A DNA stretch of 55,912 bases from Sphingomonadaceae bacterium (lineage in GTDB: Bacteria; Pseudomonadota; Alphaproteobacteria; Sphingomonadales; Sphingomonadaceae): positions 1-55,912 of the forward strand of contig JANYFA010000110.1 in NCBI GenBank assembly GCA_025362895.1, given 5' to 3'. A model generated the notes under the pieces. The model made no database searches. It saw only the letters and a list, made by a program, of their open reading frames with translations, and was not told the DNA's origin. This document shows positions 19,987 through 32,633 of the stretch, in pieces; within the stretch, counting starts at the first letter, position 1, and every line of letters begins with the position of its first letter. The position numbers and the translations under genes were made by a program.

Positions 19987-21362
19987 GCGTTGCGGTGGCG
20001 CTGGCCGCCGCGTGGCACGTCGCGACCCACGAGGTGCTGGCCTTCACCGCCTGCGCGCTCGCCGTGTCGATTTTGGACGATATCGTCGTCGATCTGTTGT
20101 TCGTCGGGCTCGGCGCCCGGCGACGGATCGGGGCGACGCCGCTTCCGGTCGCGGCTTTGGACCGTGGCTGGATGGCGATCATCATTCCGGCGTGGGATGA
20201 GGCAGGGGTCATCGGCGCGATGCTCCGGCACCTGCTGCACCGCCTCGATTACCCGCACTACCGCGTCTTTGTCGGCGTCTATCCCAACGATCCGGCGACG
20301 CGGGCGTGTGTCGAGCAGGTCGCCGACCCCCGGATTACGGTCGTGCTGTGCGCGCGGCCCGGACCGACGACGAAGGCCGATTGCCTCAACCATCTATGGC
20401 GCGCGGCGGTGGCCCATGAGGCGGCGGCGGGATTGCGATTCAAGGCGATCGTCCTCCACGACGCCGAGGATGTCGTCGACCCGCGCGAACTCGACGTCTT
20501 CGACGCGCATTTACCGCGCCTCGCGATGGTCCAACTGCCCGTGGTGCCTTTGGTCGACGCCACCTCGCGCTGGATCGGCGGGCATTATCTCGACGAGTTC
20601 GCCGAAGCGCACGGCAAGGATGTCGTCGTTCGCGGCGCGATCGGTGCGGCGGTGCCGAGCGCCGGGGTCGCCTGCGCGATCGAACGGACGATGCTGGGCG
20701 TCCTCGCCGGTCCTGACAACGCGCCATTCGACCCCGCAAGCATGACCGAGGACTATGAGATCGGCCACCGCATCGCGGCGCTGGGCGGACGCGGCGAGCT
20801 CGTCCGGTGCCGGGGGGTAGCGGGGACGATCGCCACGCGCGAGCATTTTCCGGCGACACTCGACACCGCCATTCGGCAGAAGACGCGGTGGCTGCTCGGG
20901 ATCGCCCTCGACGGTTGGGACCGGATCGGCTGGCCGCCGGGGGTGGCCGATCGCTATATGCTGCTGCGTGACCGGAAGACGATCATCGCGCCGCTGCTGG
21001 TCGGTGCGGGCTATCTGGCGGGGGCGATGGTGGTGATCGATGCCGGAGTTCTGCGGCTCGTGCCCGCCGCACGGCACTTCGCGCCGCTGGTCCCGGCGGG
21101 GTCGTTGCTCGCGGTCGTGCTGACGGTCAATGCTGCCGCGCTCGGCTGGCGGATGGGGCTGCGCGCGGCGTTCACTGCCAGCATTCACGGTTGGCGCGAG
21201 GGGGTTCGCGCCGTCCCGCGCACCGTTGTTGGCAACTGGATCAATGCCGTCGCCGCCGTCCGCGCCTTGCGCCGCTACGTCCGCATCCGCGCCGGCCGCG
21301 AGGCCCCGCGTTGGGACAAGACCGCCCACCGCTTTCCCGGCGCAGTCGCCCTCGGCGAATGA
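19983..21362 (+). CDS. NfrB-like processive GT2 glycosyltransferase (no MshEN tail evident)
   Basis: IPAWDE, GVYPND, GPTTKADCLN, LHDAED, HYLDEFAE.HGKD, VPSAGV, TEDY, RQKTRW (QxxRW), WDKTAHRFP; GTGA overlap with HNH. Confidence 0.85.
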   Translation: MSVAVALAAAWHVATHEVLAFTACALAVSILDDIVVDLLFVGLGARRRIGATPLPVAALDRGWMAIIIPAWDEAGVIGAMLRHLLHRLDYPHYRVFVGVYPNDPATRACVEQVADPRITVVLCARPGPTTKADCLNHLWRAAVAHEAAAGLRFKAIVLHDAEDVVDPRELDVFDAHLPRLAMVQLPVVPLVDATSRWIGGHYLDEFAEAHGKDVVVRGAIGAAVPSAGVACAIERTMLGVLAGPDNAPFDPASMTEDYEIGHRIAALGGRGELVRCRGVAGTIATREHFPATLDTAIRQKTRWLLGIALDGWDRIGWPPGVADRYMLLRDRKTIIAPLLVGAGYLAGAMVVIDAGVLRLVPAARHFAPLVPAGSLLAVVLTVNAAALGWRMGLRAAFTASIHGWREGVRAVPRTVVGNWINAVAAVRALRRYVRIRAGREAPRWDKTAHRFPGAVALGE

Positions 21363-22525
21363 TCGGTCCGGCGAGCCGTCCGGCGCGGGCACTTCGTCTG
21401 GCGGGCGTGATCGCCGTCGCCGCGCTGGCCGTGCGCGCGCCGACGATGCGGGCGCGGTTCGCCGCGGCGGTCCGGGCCGGTGGTGCCGACCCCGGCTCAC
21501 GCCGTCGATTGGCGCGAACCGCAACGGTCGGTGCGCCCGGTGATTGCGCCATCGCCTCTTGCCGCGTTTGCAGACCATGCGCCGCCGACTGGCCCGGCGC
21601 GTCTCCGACCAACATTGGCCGCCACGCGCGCGGAGCGTTTTCCGCCCCCGCGAACCCTTGTCACACCGCCCCTCACTACGGCTGCCGCATCGCCGCCCGA
21701 ACCGCTCCAGCCCGCGGCGACACCGATCTCCGCCGTCGTGGCCGCCGTCCCGACTGGCACCCCCGACCCGGGCGCAGCCGCCACCGCCGCTTATGCCCGC
21801 CTCGCGCTGGGCGACCGTCGCGGGGCGGTGCGCTTGTTCGACGACGCCCTCCGCAGCAACGATCCGCGCGCCGCGACGTGGCGGATTCAGCGCGCAGCGC
21901 TCATCCGGCGCTGGTCGGCGAGCGCGTACAGCATCGTGCGGGGCGACGGGCCGGTGGGTCTCGCCGCCGAGCCCGTGCTGGGCGGCGGCCAAAGCGGCGG
22001 CGCGCTGGCCGTGACTCTCGACCCGCTCGCCCCACGCCCGGTCGCCGTCACACTGCGCGGCAGCGTGGGGCACGACGACGGCGGACGATCGGCCTTTGCC
22101 GCCGTCGGCGTGTCGTGGTGACCGCTGACCGGGGTGACGGTCGCCGCCGAGCGCCGGATCGCGGTGGGTCCGGCGGCGCACGACGACTGGACGCTGCGCC
22201 TCGCCGGTGGGGTCGACCTGACGCACGGGCGGCTGCGGCTGACGGCCTATGGCGAAGGTGGAATCGTCGGCGCGGGGCGACCTATGCCGCCGTCCAGGCG
22301 CGGGCTGCCGTCAGCGTCCGTCCCGGTCACTTCACCCTCGAACCCGGTGTCGGCGGCTGGGCGAGTGTCCAGCATGACCGGGCAACGGTCGACCGCATCG
22401 ACGTCGGTCCCGGCGTCATCGCCCGCGCCGGACGACTGACCGCCGAGATCGACTACCGCGTCCGCGTCGGTGGCAACGCCGCGCCGAGCTCGGGGCCGGT
22501 TCTGACCCTCAGCGCGACGTTCTGA
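21359..22525 (+). pseudogene. Disrupted NfrA-like outer-membrane protein gene
   Basis: Protein-like N-terminus in one frame, middle (helical segment then beta-strands) in a second frame with in-frame TGA at 22119-22121, beta-barrel-type end (DYRVRVGGNAAPSSGPVLTLSATF) back in the first frame. Confidence 0.65.
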
Positions 22526-22550
22526 AACGGCCGGTAATGGAGTAAGGACT

Positions 22551-23243
22551 TTAGCGGTCGTTGGCGACCCGACGTCGCGACGCAAGGCGGCCGAGCAGCG
22601 CCTTTGTCCGCATCAGCCCGATCAGCTCGTTGACGGCGCCGATCCCGCGTTCGGCCATGTCGGCGGCCTCGGCTTCGTCGACGTGGCCGGCGGTCGCTTC
22701 AAAAAACAGGCGCATTTCCTGTGCAGTGATCCAGTCGACGAAGTCGCTGTACATCCCGACCATGCCCGGGGTGAAGCCGCGGTCGCGGCGAAAGCCGATG
22801 CGGTCGAGATCGCCCAGCACGGCGAGGATCGCCGCGTCGCGCGCCGACAGCGTCCCGGCGGCGTCGATGTCGACGATGCCGCCGACGACCGCTTCGTCGA
22901 GTGTTTCGCGCGTCGCGGTGCCGCCTTCGATCAGCGCCGCCACCGTCATGCGCGGCGCATCATGGTCGATCCGCGCGCGCAGCGTCGCATCGAGGCCGGG
23001 AAACGCCTGGGGTTCCAGCCACGGGGCCGTGTTGCCGTCGAGGATGGAGCGAATGACGGCGAGCGGCAGGAAGCGTTCCTCCTGCAACCGCTTGATCAGC
23101 CCGAGCCGGGTAACGTGGGTTTCAGTGTACGATGCCGAGTTGCGTGCCGCCCGGGCCGGCTCGGGGAGGAGCCCCTCGCGGATATAGAAACGGATCGTCT
23201 CCCGACCGACGCCGCTCCGGCTTTCGAGTTCGCGCATTCGCAT
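22551..23243 (-). CDS. MerR family transcriptional regulator
   Basis: MRELESRSGVGRETIRFYIREGLLP...Y...L..IKRLQEERFLPLAVI. Confidence 0.88.
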   Translation of the reverse strand: MRMRELESRSGVGRETIRFYIREGLLPEPARAARNSASYTETHVTRLGLIKRLQEERFLPLAVIRSILDGNTAPWLEPQAFPGLDATLRARIDHDAPRMTVAALIEGGTATRETLDEAVVGGIVDIDAAGTLSARDAAILAVLGDLDRIGFRRDRGFTPGMVGMYSDFVDWITAQEMRLFFEATAGHVDEAEAADMAERGIGAVNELIGLMRTKALLGRLASRRRVANDR

Positions 23244-23261
23244 GGCGGCGATCATGCCAAA

Positions 23262-23288
23262 CTTGCGACCCGCGCACCACGCCCTACG
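23262..23288 (+). promoter_or_regulatory. Possible RpoH-type promoter of DNA ligase
   Basis: CTTG-N17-CCTACG, 10 nt before the ATG. Confidence 0.4.
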
Positions 23289-23298
23289 TTGAGCGACG

Positions 23299-24915
23299 AT
23301 GCAGGCGTTCGCCACCCTTCTCGACCGGCTGATCTATACCCGCTCGCGCAATGCGAAGCTGAAGCTGATCGCCGACTATCTGCGGGCGACGCCCGATCCC
23401 GATCGCGGCTGGGCGCTGGCGGCGCTGACCGGCGGCCTCGACCTGAAGGCGGTCCAGCCGAAGCTGATCCGGATCTTGCTCGAGGAGCGGGTCGACCCCG
23501 TCCTGCTGGCGATGAGTTACGACTTTGTCGGCGACATGGCCGAGACCGCGTCGCTGTTGTGGCCGGAACCGGCCATGTCTCCCGCGCCGCCGCCGAGCCT
23601 CGATGAGGTCGTCCAGCGCCTCCAGCACCTTGGCCGCGCCGAGGCGGAGACCGTCATGCGCGAACTTCTCGACCGGCTCGACAGTTCGGGGCGCTTCGCC
23701 TTGCTCAAGCTGGCGACCGGCGCGATGCGGATCGGCATCTCGGCGCGGCTGGCGAAGACGGCGTTCGCGATCGGGTTCGACGTCGATATCGATGCGGTCG
23801 AGGAGGTGTGGCACGGGCTGAAACCGCCGTACGCAGAGTTGTTTGCATGGGGCACGGGCGGCGCGCAGCCGACGCCGGGGACCGTCCCGGTATTCCGCCC
23901 CTTCATGCTCGCGCACCCGTTGGAAGAGCTGAAGCTCGACCTCGCCGACTATGCTGCTGAGTGGAAGTGGGACGGAATTCGCGTCCAGCTCGTCCACATA
24001 GCGGGGCAGACGCGGTTGTTCAGCCGCAGCGGCGACGACATCACCGGCAGCTTCCCCGAGGTTGCCGCCGCTTACTCATACCGGGCGGTGCTCGACGGCG
24101 AATTGCTCGTGCGTGGCGAGTTTCAGGGTGGCGCGGCCGGCGGCAACGACTTCGGCGGCGGCGGCGCGGCGAGCTTCAACGCGCTCCAGCAGCGCCTCGG
24201 GCGCAAGGCCCCGACTGCAAAGGCGCAGGCGGAGTTTCCCGCCTTTGTCCGACTGTATGACATCCTGTACGACGGTGACGACGATCTGCGCGCGCTGCCG
24301 TGGACCGACCGCCGGGCGCGGCTGGAGGCGGTGATGCCGCGCCTCGACGCCGCCCGCTTCGACCTGTCGGCGGTAATCGCGGCGACCGACTTCGACGAGC
24401 TGGCCCACATCCGCGACGGTGCGCGCGACGCGGCGATCGAGGGAGTGATGCTTAAACAACGCTCCTCGGCCTACATCGCCGGGCGGCGGACGGGGCTGTG
24501 GTACAAATGGAAGCGCGATCCCCTCGTTGCCGATTGCGTGATGATGTACGCGCAGCGCGGACACGGGAAACGGTCGAGCTTTTACAGCGACTATACCTTC
24601 GGTTGCTGGACCGACGACGGTGAACTGCTGCCGGTCGGCAAGGCCTATAGTGGCTTTACCGACGCCGAGCTGGCGATGCTCGACAAATTCGTCCGGACCA
24701 ACACCGTCGCTCGATTCGGCCCCGTCCGCGAGGTCGCCAAGACAATGGTGCTCGAAGTCGCGTTCGACTCGCTCCACACCTCGACGCGCCACAAGTCGGG
24801 GGTGTCGATGCGCTTCCCGCGCATCGCCCGCATCCGCACCGACAAGCCGGCGGCGGAGGCCGACACCGTGGCGACGTTGAAGAGGATGATCGTTCAGGGT
24901 CAGCCGCGCCCGTGA
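23299..24915 (+). CDS. ATP-dependent DNA ligase (cisplatin damage response type)
   Basis: EWKWDGIRVQ (motif I), LDGELL, EGVMLK, WYKWK, YAQRGHGKRSSFYSDYTFG, RFPRI. Confidence 0.93.
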   Translation: MQAFATLLDRLIYTRSRNAKLKLIADYLRATPDPDRGWALAALTGGLDLKAVQPKLIRILLEERVDPVLLAMSYDFVGDMAETASLLWPEPAMSPAPPPSLDEVVQRLQHLGRAEAETVMRELLDRLDSSGRFALLKLATGAMRIGISARLAKTAFAIGFDVDIDAVEEVWHGLKPPYAELFAWGTGGAQPTPGTVPVFRPFMLAHPLEELKLDLADYAAEWKWDGIRVQLVHIAGQTRLFSRSGDDITGSFPEVAAAYSYRAVLDGELLVRGEFQGGAAGGNDFGGGGAASFNALQQRLGRKAPTAKAQAEFPAFVRLYDILYDGDDDLRALPWTDRRARLEAVMPRLDAARFDLSAVIAATDFDELAHIRDGARDAAIEGVMLKQRSSAYIAGRRTGLWYKWKRDPLVADCVMMYAQRGHGKRSSFYSDYTFGCWTDDGELLPVGKAYSGFTDAELAMLDKFVRTNTVARFGPVREVAKTMVLEVAFDSLHTSTRHKSGVSMRFPRIARIRTDKPAAEADTVATLKRMIVQGQPRP

Positions 24916-25039
24916 CGATTGCGTGCGCAGATTGTGAACGCAGGCGCTCACGGTGGCGCGGCGATGAAACACCCGAGAAAAGCTCGCGTAGCGCCCGTGG
25001 CTGAACCGCCCGCAAAGCCGATCGCGGGTGCTGGCACAT

Positions 25040-25067
25040 CTTGTGTTGCCAATCGGTCACACCATAT
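25040..25067 (+). promoter_or_regulatory. RpoH (sigma32) promoter of clpB
   Basis: CTTG-N18-CCATAT then AGGGAG RBS before ATG 25087. Confidence 0.7.
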
Positions 25068-25086
25068 CGCGATCAGGGAGTCACGC

Positions 25087-27663
<2,577 letters not shown>

Positions 27664-27666
27664 GGC

Positions 27667-28032
27667 TTAGTTCGCACCACCGCCCTGCTTGTTCGTGTTA
27701 TCCTCCACGAATCGGCGCGCGGTCTTCTGGTTCTCGTCGCTGACATATTCCCATTGTTTGCGCGTCAGGCAGGTCTTTTTCTTGGCGATCAAGCTGCCGG
27801 TTTCGATCGATGTCCGGCAGACGATAACAGTCTGATACTTGATCTTGGCGAGTTCGGCGACAGTGGGCCCAGGAGATGGAGCAACCGCCGGCACCACGGC
27901 TGGCGGAGTCGATGGAGCGATGGCACCAGTATCGGGAGCAAGCGTAGTGCCCGCCGGGTTGCCGGCCGTCGTATGCGCCGTTGCGGCGGTCGCTACCAGG
28001 GCCAAGACGGCCATCATCCCGAAATTAGGCAT
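27667..28032 (-). CDS. Small secreted protein with C-x15-C motif
   Basis: Signal peptide MPNFGMMAVLALVATAATA, Pro/Ala linker, VCRTSIETGSLIAKKKTCLTRKQW. Confidence 0.7.
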   Translation of the reverse strand: MPNFGMMAVLALVATAATAHTTAGNPAGTTLAPDTGAIAPSTPPAVVPAVAPSPGPTVAELAKIKYQTVIVCRTSIETGSLIAKKKTCLTRKQWEYVSDENQKTARRFVEDNTNKQGGGAN

Positions 28033-28149
28033 TGCTCGTCGCTCCCGTAATACGTCCCATAGCGACAGGTTATCGTTGTGATCGTAACCGGCGCAACCGT
28101 TTTTCTTGCCTGGGTTGGCAAGCCGTGACGTCCAAGGCACAAGAAGCGC

Positions 28150-29187
28150 GTGTCCGCCGCTCCTGCTGCCCCGGCCCCCGCCGTTGATATTGCCGCGATC
28201 GTCCGCGATCCGTTGTGGTTTGCCGATCGCTATGATCCCGGTCACGACGCGGTTCATTTCCGACGTCTCTCGCGCGACGATCACCGGGCGGCGACGTTCC
28301 TGACCGACGAATACCTTCCCGCCGATGCCCCCGGCGTCGTCATCCGGCGCGACGACGCCATCGCCGCCGCGCCGCCGACCGGGCCGATCCATTTCATCTT
28401 TCACTCGGCGTTCTGCTGCTCGACCTTGCTCGCGCGCGCGGTCGATGTCCCCGGCGTCGCGATGGGGCTGAAGGAGCCGGTGCTGCTCAATGATCTGGTC
28501 GGGTGGAAAGCACGTGGGGCAGCCGCCGCCGACCTGGCGGGCGTGCTTGATACAGCGCTGACGTTGTTCGCGCGCCCGTTCACGCGTGGCGAGGCCGTCG
28601 TCGTCAAGCCATCCAACGTCTGCAACGGGATTGCGTCGGCGATGCTGACCGTTCGCCCGGACAGCCGCGCGCTGTTGCTGCACGCTCCGCTGCGGACGTT
28701 CCTCGGATCGATCGCGCGCAAGAGCTGGACGGGGCGACTGTGGGTTCGCGACCTTCTCGTCAAGCAGCGCCACGATGGCATTCAATGGCCAGGCATGGGG
28801 GTCGACGACTTCATGCGGCTCACCGATTTACAGGCGGCGGCGATCGGCTGGCTGGCGCAACACGCGGTCTTCACGCGCATTGCGTCCCGCTTTCCCGATC
28901 GGGTGAGGACGATCGACAGCGAGTCGCTTATGACAGACCCCGGCGCGGCGATGACCGCAGTTGGCGCGCTGTTCCACTTGCCGCTCGACGGCGCGGCGAT
29001 TGCAGCAGGACCGGTATTCGCGCGCCATTCGAAATACGGCGATGCGTTCGACGCCGCCACCCGCGCCGCCGCCCGCTCGACCGAAGCCGCCTTTGCCGAC
29101 GAAATCGACAAGGTCACGATTTGGGCCGAGGCGGTCGCGAGTGGCGTCGGGCTCGACCTCGGGCTGACGGCTAGTCTGCTCGCCTAG
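28150..29187 (+). CDS. Sulfotransferase-like hypothetical protein
   Basis: HFIFHSAFCCSTLLARA loop, LKEP, VVVKPSN, FLGSIARK, FARHSK; no signal peptide. Confidence 0.6.
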   Translation: MSAAPAAPAPAVDIAAIVRDPLWFADRYDPGHDAVHFRRLSRDDHRAATFLTDEYLPADAPGVVIRRDDAIAAAPPTGPIHFIFHSAFCCSTLLARAVDVPGVAMGLKEPVLLNDLVGWKARGAAAADLAGVLDTALTLFARPFTRGEAVVVKPSNVCNGIASAMLTVRPDSRALLLHAPLRTFLGSIARKSWTGRLWVRDLLVKQRHDGIQWPGMGVDDFMRLTDLQAAAIGWLAQHAVFTRIASRFPDRVRTIDSESLMTDPGAAMTAVGALFHLPLDGAAIAAGPVFARHSKYGDAFDAATRAAARSTEAAFADEIDKVTIWAEAVASGVGLDLGLTASLLA

Positions 29188-29404
29188 TCTTCTTTCCGAC
29201 GAAAGCTATGAGCATCACCGGTTCCCTCGTACCGCACCCACTCACATCCATATCGCCGGCGAGCAAACACGTTCGATGCTTGTTGCCGAACACGAGTCGC
29301 GTCGGCGCGCCCGCCAGCGTCCGTGACAGACTGCGTATTTATCGAGCGAACGCAATCGGACCACCGGCCGCGGTGAATAGATCGAGCGCAGCTAGTGTGG
29401 CGCA

Positions 29405-29438
29405 ACGAAAAAGGGCGGACCCGGAGGCCCGCCCTTTC
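29405..29438 (-). terminator. Rho-independent terminator of TonB-dependent receptor
   Basis: Minus strand GAAAGGGCGGGCCTCCGGGTCCGCCCTTTTTCGTT, about 23 nt after the stop. Confidence 0.8.
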
Positions 29439-29460
29439 ACTTGGTTGGTTTCGCTCGCGA

Positions 29461-32400
29461 CTAAAACTTGAGGCGAGCCGAGACGGCGTACCGACGACCC
29501 AGCGCGTCGAACGTCGACGGATAGGTGTTGCCGCTGTTGAACCCGGTCGAACCGATCGTGCTGCCGACGGCAGGCGGCTTGCGGTTGCCGATGTTCTGAA
29601 CCGTCAGCGTTAGCGTCAGGTTCTCGACAATGCTGACGCGGCCCGACAGGTCGAAATAGTCGTAGGGCTTGATATAGCCGTAGTAGACCTTCGCGCCTGT
29701 ACCGTCGGTACCCGAGAACGCCGGACCGCTGCCATTGACCGGATCGGCATCGAGCGGCTCCTGACGGAACTTGTCGATATGGCGCCACAGCAGCGAGACA
29801 TCGAACGAGTCGAAGCCGAGCGTTGTCCGCTGCGACCACTGGAACCGTGGCTGGAGCGAACCGCAGTTGACGCTGATGTAGCCAACGCAGTTACGATTGA
29901 CGTTGGCGGCGCCAGGTGCGTTCTGGAAGCGGTTGTAGTCGGTGTAGTTCCCGAGGAAGCTCAACCCCAGTTTGGCGAAGTGAAGATCGCGGCTGTAGTT
30001 GATTGTGACGTCGACACCCTGGGTCGTGATCCGACCAAAGTTCGACAAGACCTGCGGGAGACCCGGCGTCGTCGCCACGTCACCGTCAAGACCGCCAGTA
30101 ACGGGGTTACGACGAATGCCGGTGCACGCCGCTGTCGTTGCGCTCGCCGCCGACAGCCCATTGAAGCAGGCACCGACAACGTCTGCCGGAGTCGGGGTGG
30201 TGATCGCACCAACAACACGGATGTGGTAGAAATCGATCGAGGTCGAGAAGCCGGTCAGGAACTTCGGCGAGAAGACCAGGCCCGCGCCGATGGTATCGGC
30301 GTTTTCCGGCTTCAGGTTCAAGTTACCACCCGATGTCGCGTTAATCTGACCGGCAGTTCCGTTGAGGATGTTACCGATCGTTCCGAGTGGTGCGCCCTGT
30401 GCAAGACAGACGGCACGCAGGTTGGCGTTACCAACCGGCGCCGCGCCGGCGCAAGGATCGACCGCAAGGTTGGTCAAGCCGGTCAGCTGCGGTGCGAACA
30501 GCTCGCTCAGGTTCGGTGCACGAACAGCGTGAGCGTAGTTGCCGCGGAAGCGGAGACCGGCGCCGGGCTCGTAAGCGAGTTCGCCCTTGTATGTGGTCGT
30601 GTTGTACGAGCGACCCGGGGTCGAGTTGACCTTGTACGACGAGTAACGAACGCCGCCGCTCGCGGTCAGGCTCTGGATGCCGGGCTTGTCCTGAACCAAC
30701 GGCACGATCAACTCGCCGAAGCCTTCGGTAACATCGTAGCCCACGTCGGTCAGGATCGGCGAGGCACCACCGGCACCGCCGAGTTCACCGGCAGTCTGGG
30801 CGAGCGTGTCAGCGAACTGCGATGCACGGTAGCGACGATATTCGGCACCAACGGCGAAGCTGATCGGGTCGCTCGCCGACGGCGACTTAATCCCGAAGTC
30901 ACCGCTGAGCTGGCCATGGACCTGGCCGAGCTTCGTCGAGACGTTCGAGGTGCTGGTTGCCGTCAAATAGGTGACCTGCGCCGGCGTAATCGAACCGACG
31001 CCGCCGAACAGGTTGACGGGAACGCACCCGGCTGTCGTGCTGGCACCGACCGCCAGCGGGCTGCTGAGGCAGCTTGTGGTGTTGGTGGCGAAGGCGGCCG
31101 CGCGAGCACGTGACGTCAAAACGTAGTTCTGGATCAGCTGGGTGTTCGTGCTCTCACCGTAGGCACCATAGACGTCATAATCGAGGTGATCGGTGATCTT
31201 GCCGCGGACACCAGCCTTATAATCGAAGACCGTCGTGGTGTACTCGCTGATACGCGGGCCGACTTCGGCAGTACGACGCCCGATGACCGTCGAAACCGTG
31301 CGGAAGTTCGGATCGGTGGCGCTTGTCGCCACGGCAGCGGCGGCGCATTCGGCCGGAGTGAAGCGCGGCGTGTAGAGCCCGGAAGCAAGAGTCGACGTGT
31401 TGAACGCGCAGAACTGATTGCGAAGCGCGGCTGGCAGGTACGGGTTGCTCAGCGGCACAACGATCGAAGAGCCGAAGATCCCCGACGGCGCGATGATCGT
31501 ATTGACGGTGTTCTTCGAGAACAGGCCGCGGGTATAGAAGTCGAAGTGGTCGCTGGCTTCGTAGTTCGCCTGACCAAAGATGTTGAAACGCTTAAACGGC
31601 GTCTGGAAGATGTTGTACGGGTTGAAGTTGAACGGAGCGTAGGTCGTCACGGCTTGGCCAGTCGTCGTGTTGACCTGGCGTGAACCGCCATTGCCGACAG
31701 CGGGGTCGACGCTTGGCTGGCCGGTGGCCGGGTCGATCGGACGGGTGCCGCTGACGCGCGCCGGGATCGTCGTGCCCGAGCCGCTGATCGCGCCCGAGAA
31801 CGAATCGAGGTTCGAGATCGAAAAAGCGCGGTCGCCCTGATAGACGGGGTCCGAATGCTGGTAACCAACGCTGAACACCGCGTTGCCCTTGTCGTCGGCA
31901 AAGTTACCGCCGATGGTGGCGTCGGCGCGGTAATAGTTACCGTCGCCCTTCTCGGTGATCTGCTCCGAACCGGAAATGTCAACGCCGGTGAAGTTCTTCT
32001 TGGTGATGAAGTTGACAACGCCGGCGATCGCGTCGGCGCCGTAGGTCGTGCTCGCGGCGCCGGTCAGCGCCTCGACCCGGTCGATGAGGGCGAGCGGGAT
32101 GTTGTTGAGGTCAACGCGACCGACGAGGCCCGACGGCACGAGGCGGTTGCCATCGAGCAGAACGAGGTTGCGGTTCGAGCCGATGCCGCGAAGGTCGACG
32201 AACGAGGCGCCGCCATTACCGTTGTTAACGGCCGAACCGACCGACGGAACGACTCCCGGGATTTCGCGCAGGACGTCTTCGGCGACGTTCGACTGCTTGA
32301 GCTGAATTTCCTCCGACGTCGTCACGATAACGGGGGTGGCGCGGACGAGGTTGGGGTTCTTGATGAGCGACCCTGTGACGGTGATTTCCTTCTCACCGGC

Positions 32401-32535
32401 GTCGGCAGCGTCGGCCACTGCAGTACCGGCGGGCGCGGCGACGGCGACAGCCGCAACAGCCGGAAGGGCAAAGGCAGTTGCCCCGACTAGAATGGTCGAG
32501 CGCAGCAACACCGTCTTGAGCGAGTTCGGCAACAT
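29461..32535 (-). CDS. TonB-dependent receptor (1024 aa)
   Basis: Signal peptide; TonB box EITVTGS; plug LRGIGSNRNLVLLDGNR...TYGADAIAGVVNFIT; C-terminal GRRYAVSARLKF. Confidence 0.95.
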   Translation of the reverse strand: MLPNSLKTVLLRSTILVGATAFALPAVAAVAVAAPAGTAVADAADAGEKEITVTGSLIKNPNLVRATPVIVTTSEEIQLKQSNVAEDVLREIPGVVPSVGSAVNNGNGGASFVDLRGIGSNRNLVLLDGNRLVPSGLVGRVDLNNIPLALIDRVEALTGAASTTYGADAIAGVVNFITKKNFTGVDISGSEQITEKGDGNYYRADATIGGNFADDKGNAVFSVGYQHSDPVYQGDRAFSISNLDSFSGAISGSGTTIPARVSGTRPIDPATGQPSVDPAVGNGGSRQVNTTTGQAVTTYAPFNFNPYNIFQTPFKRFNIFGQANYEASDHFDFYTRGLFSKNTVNTIIAPSGIFGSSIVVPLSNPYLPAALRNQFCAFNTSTLASGLYTPRFTPAECAAAAVATSATDPNFRTVSTVIGRRTAEVGPRISEYTTTVFDYKAGVRGKITDHLDYDVYGAYGESTNTQLIQNYVLTSRARAAAFATNTTSCLSSPLAVGASTTAGCVPVNLFGGVGSITPAQVTYLTATSTSNVSTKLGQVHGQLSGDFGIKSPSASDPISFAVGAEYRRYRASQFADTLAQTAGELGGAGGASPILTDVGYDVTEGFGELIVPLVQDKPGIQSLTASGGVRYSSYKVNSTPGRSYNTTTYKGELAYEPGAGLRFRGNYAHAVRAPNLSELFAPQLTGLTNLAVDPCAGAAPVGNANLRAVCLAQGAPLGTIGNILNGTAGQINATSGGNLNLKPENADTIGAGLVFSPKFLTGFSTSIDFYHIRVVGAITTPTPADVVGACFNGLSAASATTAACTGIRRNPVTGGLDGDVATTPGLPQVLSNFGRITTQGVDVTINYSRDLHFAKLGLSFLGNYTDYNRFQNAPGAANVNRNCVGYISVNCGSLQPRFQWSQRTTLGFDSFDVSLLWRHIDKFRQEPLDADPVNGSGPAFSGTDGTGAKVYYGYIKPYDYFDLSGRVSIVENLTLTLTVQNIGNRKPPAVGSTIGSTGFNSGNTYPSTFDALGRRYAVSARLKF

Positions 32536-32633
32536 GAGTGGTATCCCCTCAAAAATAATAACGCTGATCTGACCAAACCATCAGGCCCGGCTCAAATTGC
32601 ATGACGGCTGTATGAAAGACCGTTCACCGCTCC

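Noticed and set aside
22119-22121. In-frame TGA as selenocysteine or programmed readthrough
   Set aside because: No Cys-type catalytic context and no evident SECIS hairpin; two nearby frameshifts make decay more likely
24919-25086. N-terminal extensions in the ORF track for clpB (also dnaK, hrcA, cobT, folD, marC, ggt)
   Set aside because: Canonical starts with RBS, promoter or stop-start overlap lie downstream
29184-29405. Short ORFs or ncRNA in the gap before the receptor terminator
   Set aside because: No RBS, motif or convincing structure; cannot be supported
29779-31113. 444-aa ORF antisense to the TonB-dependent receptor, and similar long ORFs such as 6126-7640, 20511-22226, 44770-46725 and 52199-53695
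   Set aside because: Shadow ORFs expected in high-GC DNA opposite real genes; Arg-rich with no recognisable motifs
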